A stretch of 61,480 bases of DNA, the filler included, from Basidiobolus ranarum (taxonomy: Eukaryota), in the NCBI GenBank assembly GCA_040143965.1. It is 8 parts of 8 records of this genome, joined end to end, with 100 filler letters (N's around TTAATTAATTAA, not from the genome) between each part and the next. Parts side by side here need not be neighbours in the genome. Positions count along the whole stretch, not along the records: positions 7,722 to 15,341 come from JASJQH010001092.1; positions 15,442 to 23,047 come from JASJQH010001093.1; positions 23,148 to 30,739 come from JASJQH010001094.1; 5 more parts are not named here. One strand, 5' to 3'. Every line of letters starts with the position of its first letter. Within the stretch, counting starts at the first letter, position 1. Below are positions 14,481-26,219 of the stretch, in pieces. A program made the translations under genes and the position numbers. The notes beneath the pieces were generated by a model. The model ran no database searches and was not told the DNA's origin. It saw only the letters and a program-made list of their open reading frames with translations.

Positions 14481-15025
14481 CGTGCTTATATTCTAAAATG
14501 AGAATTCGCTCATGCGAGTTTTTCGGAAGCTTTGGGTGACCTGCTAGATACCATTTCTTAACCCAAGTACCCATATCCTCACCCACAAAGAATAACATAT
14601 CGGAATATTAGTTTCCCTCAACGACATATTTTACAATGAGGGGTTAAAAAGCCTTGCAAATGCAAATAATGCATTACATCTGTCAATATTCCCTAAGCAG
14701 TGTTGCCAGCAGCGGTATAACAATGCCCTCTACATTTGTTCCACTAACACCTCGACTAGAAATTGCCAACTGGCACCTCACAGAAAAGAATGCATTATAC
14801 GTGAGCCGTACAAATTCAAAAGCAATACTTAGCAGCATCAAATTAAAGAGCCGAGGGCTGGTAATAACCAGATACATGTTTACCAGAAGATATATGGAAA
14901 GTCACATTCGAGAATCATCAAGTATATACAGACAATTCAGGCAGATTTGAGTAAATTAACTATTTTATTGTATTGTGTACTTAAGGTCTATAAATGCAAA
15001 TAGTTATATATCAAAATTATGTGTT

Positions 15026-15341
15026 TCATACACTTTGGGCAACAGGTGTAGTGGATTTCTTCTTCTTCTTCTTCTTTTTGTTTTTCTTCTTATTTGGCTG
15101 CTCCGTCGATGTAGAGTTCACCTCAGCATCATTATCAAGCTTCCGTTTGTTCAGACCGGCTATGTTGCTGCTTTTATCATCCTCTTCATCCTTTTTCACA
15201 AACAATGCTACAAAGAATCCATTTGTAAAATCATCGGGTAAAGCTCGAACAACGCATTCTGCAAGTTCTACAGTAACCTAGAAGTTAGTAATAAGGATCA
15301 AACAATGCAACGTACTACAGTAAGTTACCAGGTGGGAAGTC
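15026..15341 (-). CDS. RCM1: rRNA m5C methyltransferase Rcm1/NSUN5, C-terminal fragment
   Basis: Manual translation: DFPP/ELAECVVRALPDDFTNGFFVALFVKK followed by a Lys-rich tail; cut by the linker. Confidence 0.72.
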
Positions 15342-15441
15342 NNNNNNNNNNNNNNNNNNNNNNNNNNNNNNNNNNNNNNNNNNNNTTAATTAATTAANNN
15401 NNNNNNNNNNNNNNNNNNNNNNNNNNNNNNNNNNNNNNNNN

Positions 15442-15627
15442 GTTCTATAGACGAGAAGAGGCAACTGTTTGTGTTTTGAGTGGATGGGGTGGGTCACTTT
15501 TATGATAATCGGTGAGTGGCTGCAAGAAAAGGGGAAGGGGTGAAAACAGGGGGGGGTTGCGTCTTCCCTTAGTAAGTGGAAATCCAAAGGGAGCATAGGA
15601 TTGGGATAGTCCCGAAACATCATTACA
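15442..15627. repeat. Probable LTR end at contig edge
   Basis: Purine-skewed, GC-richer segment ending in ...CATTACA (TG..CA terminus) and running into the contig break. Confidence 0.35.
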
Positions 15628-18600
15628 CAAAAAAACAATAGTAGTCACGAGCCAGCATTGAAATATCTGTTTGTATTAGTAACATCGATATAAACCTCAA
15701 TCAGTGAAACCATATTAGTCACTAAATATTGGAAAGATGGTTCATTGATTGGGTGCGAACCGATTGAAATATCATGAGCATCCTAAGGTTTAACATTTCA
15801 TAATCATAAACTCGACCCTGATTCCGAGTGTCCCGTTTTGATATCTGTTGATTGCGTCGGACATTCAGATCGTCGTAACCTTACCCACGAGCTTTGGTAT
15901 ATGTTGTCAATGTCATGTGAACTGTTGTTGATGTATTTTGTTTAAAATCTGCTGATAGCACGTGAAATCGAGCTACGCAGTTGCTTATTTCACATGAAAC
16001 CAAATGGTTTGTCAGGTGCAAGTGGTTCGACAGTCCTTCGTGAAACTTGCTTATTGATATTCAGGGCCAACGAAGATGTAGATAATTAAATCTACAACCA
16101 GACAATGTAATATAGTCTTGAAGATAAAAGCGTGCAAGCAAAGGTTTCGGGTAACTTAGAGAACGAGGAGTGCTATTACAGTTACCTGGAAATTCTACTA
16201 AGTGTTAACCCATGTTTTTTTGGTTAAGCAGCTTTAACCGTTGGTATTCGTCCTCCAACATCTCATTGGAGTCCCAATATTAGTCAAAAATCCAAGGGAT
16301 ACGTTATTACTTATCTGTTACTATTCTCGACAGCAGTTATCTTCTATAGCCATTGGTTTGCTATGGCTGCAATGTACTTCAATATCACTGATTTGCCTAC
16401 TACTTTAGAATAAATAGGCACGAATATACCTTTCAATAGAACTCCTGGTTGGAGTTTAGATTCTAACGTGCATGAATATAAGATCTCACCTTTGCATCTT
16501 ATCCCAAAGTTATAGGGAAATAAATCCCGTTCATATTGAATAGCGTATATGCTATCAAATCCAAATAAGTTATTACAATATTGCTTATTACGTGACAAGT
16601 GTCGGTTAGTGAACTCTCAGTATATCTAGTTTGAGGGCCCAGGAAATAGTATTGCAATATGGAGTTGTAAACATTGATTTATTCTACTTAGTACTCTGAG
16701 TAGGATATCCTATATCTCTTGTGACTATGATCCCCAACCATACGCCATACACAGAAAGCAAGTATTATATTCATAGGAAACCCCACCTTTTATTATTGTG
16801 CTTTTTGATAGATTGGTAGGACATAGGGTTAGAGTGAATATTCTCTCGCATATGCTATGCACATAATATTGAGTACAGCTATGGCATCGCCTTTATTTGA
16901 ATATTGACATTTGCAATTCCTGTATTTGGACTTGGACATAATCATCACTTGCATCGTCACATGATACCTGGATGTTAGATACTTGGCAACCACGTGAATA
17001 TCAATTACTAAACAGACAGTATGCTACTCTGGTTAATTTAACTACTTATGGGATACACCACTACCACTAAATGTATAGGAAATAGTTTGATACTTCACTT
17101 CTCAAAAATCCACAAAAATAGTGAAAATATAAGAGAATAATTTATTTCATTAGAAGTCATTCATCTAGTTGTAGAAACGACACCACTGACCTATTTATTT
17201 CAACTTTGGCATCCAAACCCCTCAGTGTGAATATTCTACATACGAAGTATTAATCAGTGACTTGAAAATAATTTCTGAGTTTCTAGTCCTAAATGATTTT
17301 CTTTAGCCAATGATGTTTCTAGGATGGCTGAATACTTGGTACTATTAGCAAAGAGGTTAGTCAACAGATTATTTATCACGTGATCAACTTTGCCCAGGGT
17401 AATCAATATCAAACGCGTTCTATGACGCGTTGAGCAAGCATTACTCTTAAGCGGGATTAGAAGCAAAGCTGTCTAATCCATACCATAAATCGATTTGAAA
17501 TAATTTGCATTTTAGTGCAAAAGTCCATCACGAGAAGCGAATACTTGACAACGCAAATGAGCCATAAATATGAGCCTAATTATCTATTTTCAGGTACAAC
17601 ACTAGGAGCTAGGGTAATATCATATACCAATAATTGGATATTCTCCCTTAAAATAACTTTCTGTGAAGTTGGATATATAGAAACTAATTAAAAATCTATT
17701 TAAAAAAAGAGAAAACAACATAAGAATTGACATTCAAGTTGCAATTTTACAGAATACATACTGTGCGTATCAAAATCCATACATTTTACTTAGTATTGAA
17801 TTATTTGACGGTTTATCCAAATTACCATTAATCTCCTTAAAACGTGATATTATGTTAATAATCGCTCAAAATATGGTTCATCATCTTCAACGCCAAAAAA
17901 TGCTTAAAAAAATGACATTGGAAGCATTACGCCAAGCACAATCCAATGGGAACTCAAAAGCAAGTGGATGATCACATTGCACAAATAAATACTAATTCGT
18001 GGATGCTTGTGGCGATATTGAATTACCGCTGTTGAGGAGATTTAGGGTTAGGTTTAGAGGTTATTCATGGAATACGTGTGCTACACTGATGACGTAAGTA
18101 TATTTATAGTCTGGTGACTTAACTAATTCGAGTATATTACTTACCCGAGAGTCTTAACCATTCGTTAGTAAAATTATATAATCAATGATTGGCCGAGTGA
18201 CATCCTACCTATTTCAGATGTTACGTCAATATGAGGATACTTCACACGCATTCCAGATATATCCCACTCGTAACTTCAGCTATTATTATCACAGCTAATT
18301 TTAGAAGCATCCTGATTCCTTATGAACTGAAGATTTGGTATCAATTTCAATGTTCTGATTTGTATCGTATAGTGGGATGGGTTCATAACAGGCGATGAAA
18401 TGCAGGTATAAGCTTTATTTCAGTATCAAAATGGGAGTGATGAGGGTGGTTTTCGTCCTATCAAGATTATTTACAGATCTTCGGAAATAATGTATGCATC
18501 AAATGGTATCGGATGGGGTGAAATGAGTTCGGACAGAGAATATGGAAAATGTAACTAGTAATTGGGAAGATTCGTGCATTGAAAGAGGTTACTGTTCTGA

Positions 18601-18673
18601 ATGACTACGAGAAGAGAAAGATTTCTCGCTATAATTATGTTATGTACCAGTAGCAAATAATTTGGCTCGTTAT

Positions 18674-19378
18674 CTATGTTAATTTAACTACACAATTGGT
18701 CAATGCACATTGAAGGTTGCCTTCATACACTTGAGAGGCGCTACATATGGTATTATGGGAGAATACGAGATTCTGACATAAGTTAGGGTCGGGCAAAGAA
18801 GACTGAATGACCCAATTTTTGAAAGTCATATCTCCAGACGACGACATACCATCCGGAATTCTCAAACCAAGAGAGGCTATTTGTTGTGGGACATTTTGTA
18901 AGTCAACACTCATTGTGGCTGTCTCGGAAGTAGCCATGTTGGTGACGAACAAGTTCCATACATTGTTGCTTTTACGGAACTGGACATATATCTCCTGTGT
19001 AGTGCTTACTGCTAGAGAAGTTGTCCCTTGGCAATTCATGTTTCCGTCAGTATATTCTGGATATACGACAGGTGTACCGGGCGTGGTGGCGGCTGCCGTA
19101 CTACAACTAGAAGAGTAAGAAAATACAGAACGCAGTATGTTACTACCCTCGGTAGATTGGATTCCTGCCCATGCCAAGAAAGAGCCAGCATTGGTAGTTG
19201 GCTGTGATGGCACCACCATGATAACGTCCACAGCAGTTATTTCATTGCTACCAACTAATGACAACGACACACCGACATTTCCAGCAGTAGGTGCCGGGAT
19301 ACTGTTAATATCGACGGGCATGGAGTTCACCCCACTCGATATTACAGCTAAAAGACCAAGTACTTTGAATATATGCAT
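18674..19378 (-). CDS. Intronless secreted protein, predicted beta-sandwich (peptidase G1/ConA-like) fold
   Basis: Signal peptide MHIFKVLGLLAVISSGVNS, FLAWAGIQ..ILRSV motif, several Cys; TATA-like TATATAA upstream (~19513). Confidence 0.7.
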   Translation of the reverse strand: MHIFKVLGLLAVISSGVNSMPVDINSIPAPTAGNVGVSLSLVGSNEITAVDVIMVVPSQPTTNAGSFLAWAGIQSTEGSNILRSVFSYSSSCSTAAATTPGTPVVYPEYTDGNMNCQGTTSLAVSTTQEIYVQFRKSNNVWNLFVTNMATSETATMSVDLQNVPQQIASLGLRIPDGMSSSGDMTFKNWVIQSSLPDPNLCQNLVFSHNTICSASQVYEGNLQCALTNCVVKLT

Positions 19379-20465
19379 GCGAAGATTACAGCTATTGATG
19401 ATGGTGCGAGTAAACTAATAAATTGAGACTGATCAAATAGTGACGGAGTCGATATATAACGTTCAAGAGATATCCACAAGTAATTTGGTTGGCAGTGGGA
19501 GGAGGCAACCTATTTATATATGTATAGTTAAATACTAAACCCTAGATCACGTGAATTGAGGAACCTAGTCTGTCTGAACCAAGATGCCAAAGGTAGTTGG
19601 ATATAATTGGTCTTCTTGGAGATACAGTTACACTCAGAATGGACCATTCACAGTGGAGAGAAATAGTTTTCAGTTGGTGAATAAATAAAATACTAGAGAA
19701 CTAATAGGCTATCGTTTAACCTATTTAGGGTGGTGGTATATGTATGGGCATTGGCGAAAGCAAGGAAAACTATGGAAATGTTACACCAATTCATTAGAGC
19801 CCCGATAGAGAGGCTTCATTTGGAAGTGAGAGGATGTGATACATTGAGTGAGTTTTCAGCTTTCGTCATGATTGGTACATTCGCATGTCTTTGAGACAGA
19901 CGCGGTCTTAGGGTTAAGCAACGGTACGCGCCTCATGTATAAGATCTATATTTGGATCAGTTTATGCTCCTTGTATAGTTCACATTCCACAATGCACTCC
20001 TTCAAGATTTTCGCAAGCGTGTCAAGTGCATGAATAGCTCCTGTAGTTGATTTTGAACTCTTAAAATATTTTGAGTCTTCTAAAAATAGCGTCAGTCAGG
20101 AATAAGTGATATGCAATTGTTGTGTAAGACAGGATTACCGGTGGACCAATCATGTTAAGATGGAGGGTGTATCATCGAGAGTCAAAGATCGCCACGCAAA
20201 AAATAGGGGTTTTTGAGAGCATATTTGGTTGGGTCGAGACATCATAGAATGCTCATAATATTGGTTATTCATTATGAACTGTTTTTTCTCAACTGGTTTG
20301 ACTCATGATTTACTCAAACGTGTGAGGTGTAATACTAAGAAAGCCATATGAATATTTCAAATCGCACCATAGATTGAACGTTACATTTAAACAAGTATCA
20401 AAGTTATTTATAGCAGTTTCATTTCACTAAAGATTGATGTGTGTCAAGAATAAAGGAGCTTAAAG

Positions 20466-21506
20466 TCACTGTTGACCTTTGGTGAATTGTCTGGGAATAC
20501 CAACAAAGTAACTCACAGCTAATAGTCCAAAAGGTAAGCATGGGATTTCACCATATTCCCATTCAAATTCATCTGGGGGGAGGTTATGGGTGGCCTTTCT
20601 TGCCATTACCAGTAATTCCTCTGAAGTGTATGTTCGTAGACAAGATATAACTCCATCCCATACCATGGTCAGTGGTATTATCGGTAAAATAAATGTATAG
20701 AAGAAGGTGGCTTTGGTTAGGTTGGGAAATAGCACAGTAGTACTGACTAATGCAATGAAAATCGGTAATATGAACAATACACCGAAAACACTTCGCCAGT
20801 TGCGAAAAGACATTTCCCCTATCAATATGCCGTTGTGATTTTCATTTTCTTCAGGTTCTTGAAACCTAGCGTTGGTTAGTAGGTTCCTTATCATCTCTTT
20901 GGCATGATTTGGTTGGAAATGATGAAAGGAGCCAAAACAAGTGTACAATACATTTTCGTTTGGCTGAACCGGTTCGAGACCCGTTCCCCACTGTGTAGAA
21001 CTAGAGGTAAATTGGTTCAGTGTCTCACGAGTAATGCTTAAGGCGTCTACAGGTAGCGAACAGTAAGTGATGTTTTCTGAATCTTTTTTGGCATTATTTA
21101 TAACTTTTTGGTTCGGAAATAGATCTAAAAGAATAAAGATTGTTATAAATGCTCCCTCCCTAAATAATAGTACATATTATCTGTATAGAAAGAATCAAAT
21201 ACCTGTAAGTAGAAAGTTAACCTTCATGTCCAATTGATTTTCGACTCCCTGTGCCAGTCTCACTATAGGACCTCCCCCTCCAGAACATAGGTCGCATACT
21301 GTAGTAGCCCTTAGTTGTTCTAGAGTTCTTACTAGTACAGGTAAAAGTGCCTTGTAAGGAGATGTATAGAGAGGTTTCAAAATACTAGGCAAAGGTGGAT
21401 CGAACTTCCATACGGTAGACAAGAGTAATGTAACTTGATCACGAATAGTTTCGGGAAACCAAGAGTTATCATGCCACTCAAATAGGTGAATTCGGCGGAT
21501 TCTCAT
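20466..21506 (-). CDS. Class I SAM-dependent methyltransferase-like protein of a bacterial-type family, 2 exons
   Basis: RRIHLFEWHDNSWFP, DLCSGGGGP, TDLFPN (across intron ~21126-21202), TCFGSFHHF, WDGVISCLRTY. Confidence 0.8.
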
Positions 21507-21935
21507 CTCTAAGGCGTATCTCTTTCGATGTGTAGAAGAGTCACCTGTGACTATTTTCTCTCACCACTTAATATATGCAAATCTTCGAGTGTGCAATTCT
21601 CAAATTGATAAATTTTGTTTAATTTATACACAATTGCTAATGTATAATCTCATATATATATATATAAATAGACTTCTACATATTCAATCATTCCTTGATG
21701 ACCATATATTTACCCCAAATGCACGATATGCATCAGGGTTTTTTGGAGTGAGGTGTCGTGTGAAGAATATGTCAGGGCATGTAGTTACTAGAGTAAAGTA
21801 GATAATTGGTGGCAATATATTTGTCGAGTAAACTGCGGAATGATGGAGTAATACATAATGTGGAAGTGTGATGTATGTATAATCTAATTTTGAAAAAAAG
21901 AAAGGTGTACATGCACAAGTTGATGAACGTCATTT

Positions 21936-22561
21936 TCACTCCAGTTTATCCAAATGGTCTAGTCGAGTTAAAATAATGCTTTTGTTGGTTTCTTGGATCT
22001 CTCCAGCCAGAAATACTTCGTCTAGAATAGAATAAACCTGATGGGTGGAAATCAATTCATAAAGTCAGTACATTGTAGGCTAAATTAGAACCATATATGT
22101 TTTACCTTGTAAAAATTAAAAACTAGGTCCAATTCACACACATTGCCAAAGAAAGTATCCAGCACTTCAACAAAAAAATGAATTGCCTCCAAATAGGCCA
22201 ACTCATTGTCATTTGTATCGACGCATAAACAGAAGAATAAACCGGCATAACGGCGATAGACGATCTTGTAGTTACGAAACTGAAGTTAAAGAATAAGGTT
22301 ATTAACATATTCAATTAACGAAAACCGGGAAAAAAATTGACGAGGTACCTCAATGAAATTTGATTGATGCTTTTGATCTCTTGGTGCAATGAGCCTATGT
22401 ACTTCTCCCTTTAACTTGATTTTTTCGTCATCTTCGAACGGTACATACCATTTCGCTAAGCGCGTTTTACCTTGACGGTTTTGAACGAGAATGAAACGTA
22501 TCTAAAATTATATATAAATAAAATGTTTTTTACTAAAAGATCATCTACTGAATATTACCAT
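21936..22561 (-). CDS. APS2: AP-2 clathrin adaptor sigma subunit (4 exons; first exon is ATG only)
   Basis: Manual splicing gives [39 protein letters not shown]/..[52 protein letters not shown]. Confidence 0.95.
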
Positions 22562-22930
22562 CTCCTCGAAGCGTAGTAACTTCGAATATATTGAAGCAAG
22601 GATATTCCGACAAATTTACTCTAATACTAGCTTACAGTGAGTTTGATTCACGTGATACGAGTATTGGACCATCAATCTTCCGATTGGAATTTCAAGCGAA
22701 AACAAGCCAGGAGTAGGCTGGCAATTTATTTTGTGTATAAAATGATAAAAACGGATGATTAATATCCTGTTAATTGATTAGATTGTGAAGTATTTTATTA
22801 TTATGAAGCTGATTTGATAAATGATTAAGACAAGTAAAATCCGAAGTGAATACAAAGCATCTAAAGCGATGTCAACTTTCCAATTGTGGAAACTATCTAC
22901 ATGAAAAGGACTGAACAAAATCAATCATTC

Positions 22931-23047
22931 CTATAATTCTTGAGACTCTCCTTCCTTCTTAGACTTCTTTGGCAACAAGCTACCGTGAATATTAGGAAGA
23001 ACACCACCTTGTGCAATGGTCACGTTACTGAGTAATTTATTCAGCTC
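22931..23047 (-). CDS. HTA1: Histone H2A, C-terminal fragment with SQEL (gamma-H2A) motif
   Basis: [38 protein letters not shown]. Confidence 0.95.
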   Translation of the reverse strand, partial: ELNKLLSNVTIAQGGVLPNIHGSLLPKKSKKEGESQEL

Positions 23048-23147
23048 NNNNNNNNNNNNNNNNNNNNNNNNNNNNNNNNNNNNNNNNNNNNTTAATTAAT
23101 TAANNNNNNNNNNNNNNNNNNNNNNNNNNNNNNNNNNNNNNNNNNNN

Positions 23148-23672
23148 TATGATGAGAAAGAAAACTACGGCGTTGTTTCTCACGCCGCTCTCTTCACCTC
23201 CACTTTAATCTCTAAGGTTATTGCCAATGGGGTCAAGCTCTTCAATGCCACCTCTGTCGAAGATTTCATCATCCGTGATGGTACTGTCGCTGGTGTAGTT
23301 ACCAACTGGGCCTTGGTTACCAAAGCTCATGGAACTCAAAGTTGCATGGACCCTCAAGTTATGGAATCCAAGGTAGTTGTGTCCTCCTGTGGTCATGATG
23401 GGCCATTCGGAGCTACTGGTGTCCGTCGCCTTGTAGAGATCGGACTCATTGACAAGATGCCCGGTATGCGCGCCTTAGATATGAATGCTTCTGAAGATGC
23501 CATTGTCGCCCTCACTCGTGAAATTGTTCCTGGTATGATCATCACCGGTATGGAAGTTGCTGAAGCTAGCGGTACTGCTCGTATGGGACCTACTTTCGGA
23601 GCCATGATGGTATCCGGACGTAAGGCTGCCGATCTCGTTCTTGCCAAGCTTAACAAGAACAAAACCGCCTAA
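23148..23672 (+). CDS. THI4: Thiamine thiazole synthase, C-terminal part (Cys-type, SCMDP)
   Basis: [60 protein letters not shown]. Confidence 0.96.
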   Translation, partial: YDEKENYGVVSHAALFTSTLISKVIANGVKLFNATSVEDFIIRDGTVAGVVTNWALVTKAHGTQSCMDPQVMESKVVVSSCGHDGPFGATGVRRLVEIGLIDKMPGMRALDMNASEDAIVALTREIVPGMIITGMEVAEASGTARMGPTFGAMMVSGRKAADLVLAKLNKNKTA

Positions 23673-24249
23673 GTGCTAGTGATAAATTAGACCGATACAT
23701 CCCATCTCCATAATCGATTGTATATTATTCACTTGCTATTGGATTTGAGCCCGAATTCAAAGATGTGAATGAAGAAATAAATTGAGCCATTAATTTTTCT
23801 ATCGTTAACCGGTTGATTCTTAAGCTTAACCAATGATTTTTAATGTCAAAGAGGTATGGATAGCCGCCAAAGTTACACGATTTACCCTCATAATTGTATG
23901 TTATCTTGAAACTTACAATAGGGGAGGTAATTATTGGAAGCTGGAAGCAGATATGTATGAGAAGCCACCGGCGACACTGGGCGATCCATCATGGAGATTA
24001 AGGTAATTTTAAAAGTCCATATTTACCAAATTTAGTCCAATCCACCGAAATATTGGTGGGAAACGGGGACAAAATCTCAATCCAGCCTCGAATATATCTG
24101 GTATTTAAAGACTCGGTTTAATCGGAAATTTCCATGTCATGGAGCGAGCACGATGCATATTTGCCGAAAATTGGCTGAAATGGTTGGTACTATTTGCACC
24201 AACCCCATTTGGAAATCATTCCACCTTGTTACTTGCCATTACCGAGTTT

Positions 24250-24930
24250 CAGCGTACCGAATTTGTCGGCAAAGATCGCCTTTAATAATCACGTATTTGT
24301 ATACCAAACTAGGCCGGACGTTAAGCCAATGAAGTACTCCATCGCTGAAAATCATTGCGCTTAGTTGATAACTCTATTGGCGATGTTGCTAAAACAGGAC
24401 AGTGACCAACAGTGAGCGTTATCTCACGAGACACTAGATCCAGTAATAGCATCTTATATGAGAGCCACTATGTTTTTTATAATCGTCTCACTTTAACGCT
24501 GTAGAAACATCCATTGCCAGTGTTTGTTGACTGCGGAATGGCGTACGGTATACGCTCACATCCCCACGCCATTTAGTGTCGTCGGGTTCTGAAAGAGTTC
24601 GGGGAGTACTGGCCAACAATGTGTAATTTACCTACCGAATAATCAACTCCATTTACCTAAATGCCATCATTTTACGCAAGGCTTGGGATATTTTCGAAGT
24701 TCTCTCACTGGCCACAAGATTCTAGTTCATTTTCACATCCGGATTGAAATCAGTACAAACCCCAATGATTAGGTTACCGTAGGGGCTCTCTAAATCCTTA
24801 GGAAATGGGCCAAATAGATGCTGGATGATCTCCGGTAGATGGATCGAGAGTATCATCACTATTTTGTCAGGATTCGCGGCTATTTCCAAGAATGTCTTAA
24901 GCCGATCTGTGAGTTTTTGACACATTTAAT
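24250..24930 (-). mobile_element. Degenerate CACTA/EnSpm (Transposase_21-like) remnant
   Basis: NLIIGVCTD-FNP (cf. NxxLGLxTDGFNP), then frameshifted LWPV and DAITG; many stops. Confidence 0.4.
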
Positions 24931-25978
24931 GTTGCCAACGTGAGTCATCATGGGTATCTTAAGATTTATTCACGTAACATAAAGTTACGCTCAAAGAGGC
25001 GAATGCCCAAGTTGCCTCCCTACATCCAAAATCCACACTTGACAATTCATTGGTGCTGATAATCAATCATTCATCGATTTACTTCATGCAGAAACGTGCC
25101 GCTATTGAGTGTCCTTTGAGAAAATCCTGCTCACATGGTCACCGTATTGCCATTCGCAGAAGTATATATTAACAGACCAAAACATCGATGTTTCCTCTCT
25201 TCACAACGTCATCAGCGGTGTTTGGTGGTTCTTGGTAATATGACTTATGTCCCCAATATTGCCATATAGAAAGGCCCCTTTTTAGTTGGGGTATCGAGAA
25301 CCAACATCTCGTCTAAATTCCGGGGTTAACGGTGCAATTGGATTGGACAGTCATGTTATTAAACCTGTCTGGTCAGCTTCCGTGTCTTTCATCCTAATAA
25401 ATGAAAACCTGAACTAATCAGTGATCATTCAATCATGGAGGGTTGGACCCGTCACTAGAGTATAAGCAAAATGTAGTCCATTGCTACTAAATGCAGTGAC
25501 TTCTATATTCTAGTCTACATATATGGAACGCAGCAAACATTTCGATCCCTGATGTGATTGCGTACAACCCGTACAATCCGTACAATCCACTCACCAACCA
25601 AGCCATGGTTAAACCACCGTAAGGATAAAGGATTCAGTGAACAGAGTTATTGGATCAAATTGAATTTCCATATCAGTTAAATACCGGTTTCTTTCAGGTA
25701 ATCCTAGCTAAGAGTCAACTTCTCCTTACGTGTATACTTCAGATTCGTAGGGATCATCTCGACTAAGTTTGAACTCCACCTCTTTTGCATCTTGAAATCC
25801 AATGGGCTGGCTTTAAAGTTGTGCCATCTCTTGACACTGATAACACTATTTCTCGGGTCCTATCGTAAATCATAGCGTTGGTTGAGCCTCTTTTTTATTC
25901 ATTGTAAATGGTACATGAAGTTGTCGACCTCTCGATTGCCCGAGTGATAAAGCAAACTCCGTTGCTGGATATATAGGC

Positions 25979-26213
25979 TTTCAAACTTGTGCTAGAAGCC
26001 CCAAACCTTGCATAAATGCTCTTGGAACCATCTTTAGCACATTCTATATGTTTGTTCTTTTCATCTTGACAGAACTATAAATGTAAACTTCTAACTCAAT
26101 ACTTGATTAATGAATACAAACAGTGGCAACTTTCAACTGAATAAACTGATAAGTGAATACCTCTAATTTCTCTAGTTCTCCAAACCACTGCTAACAGGCT
26201 CCCAAATACTTCA
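25979..26213 (+). repeat. Partial copy of the ~348-bp Copia LTR family
   Basis: Ends ..CAAACCACTGCTAACAGGCTCCCAAATACTTCAA, matching the other copies. Confidence 0.75.
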
Positions 26214-26219
26214 ATTGTT

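Noticed and set aside
23673..23900. TPP riboswitch associated with THI4
   Set aside because: No CTGAGA/TGAT..TAAT aptamer core is visible; the 5' part of the gene is outside this contig.
25560..25588. 9-bp unit CGTACAAYC x3
   Set aside because: Simple minisatellite without spacers.
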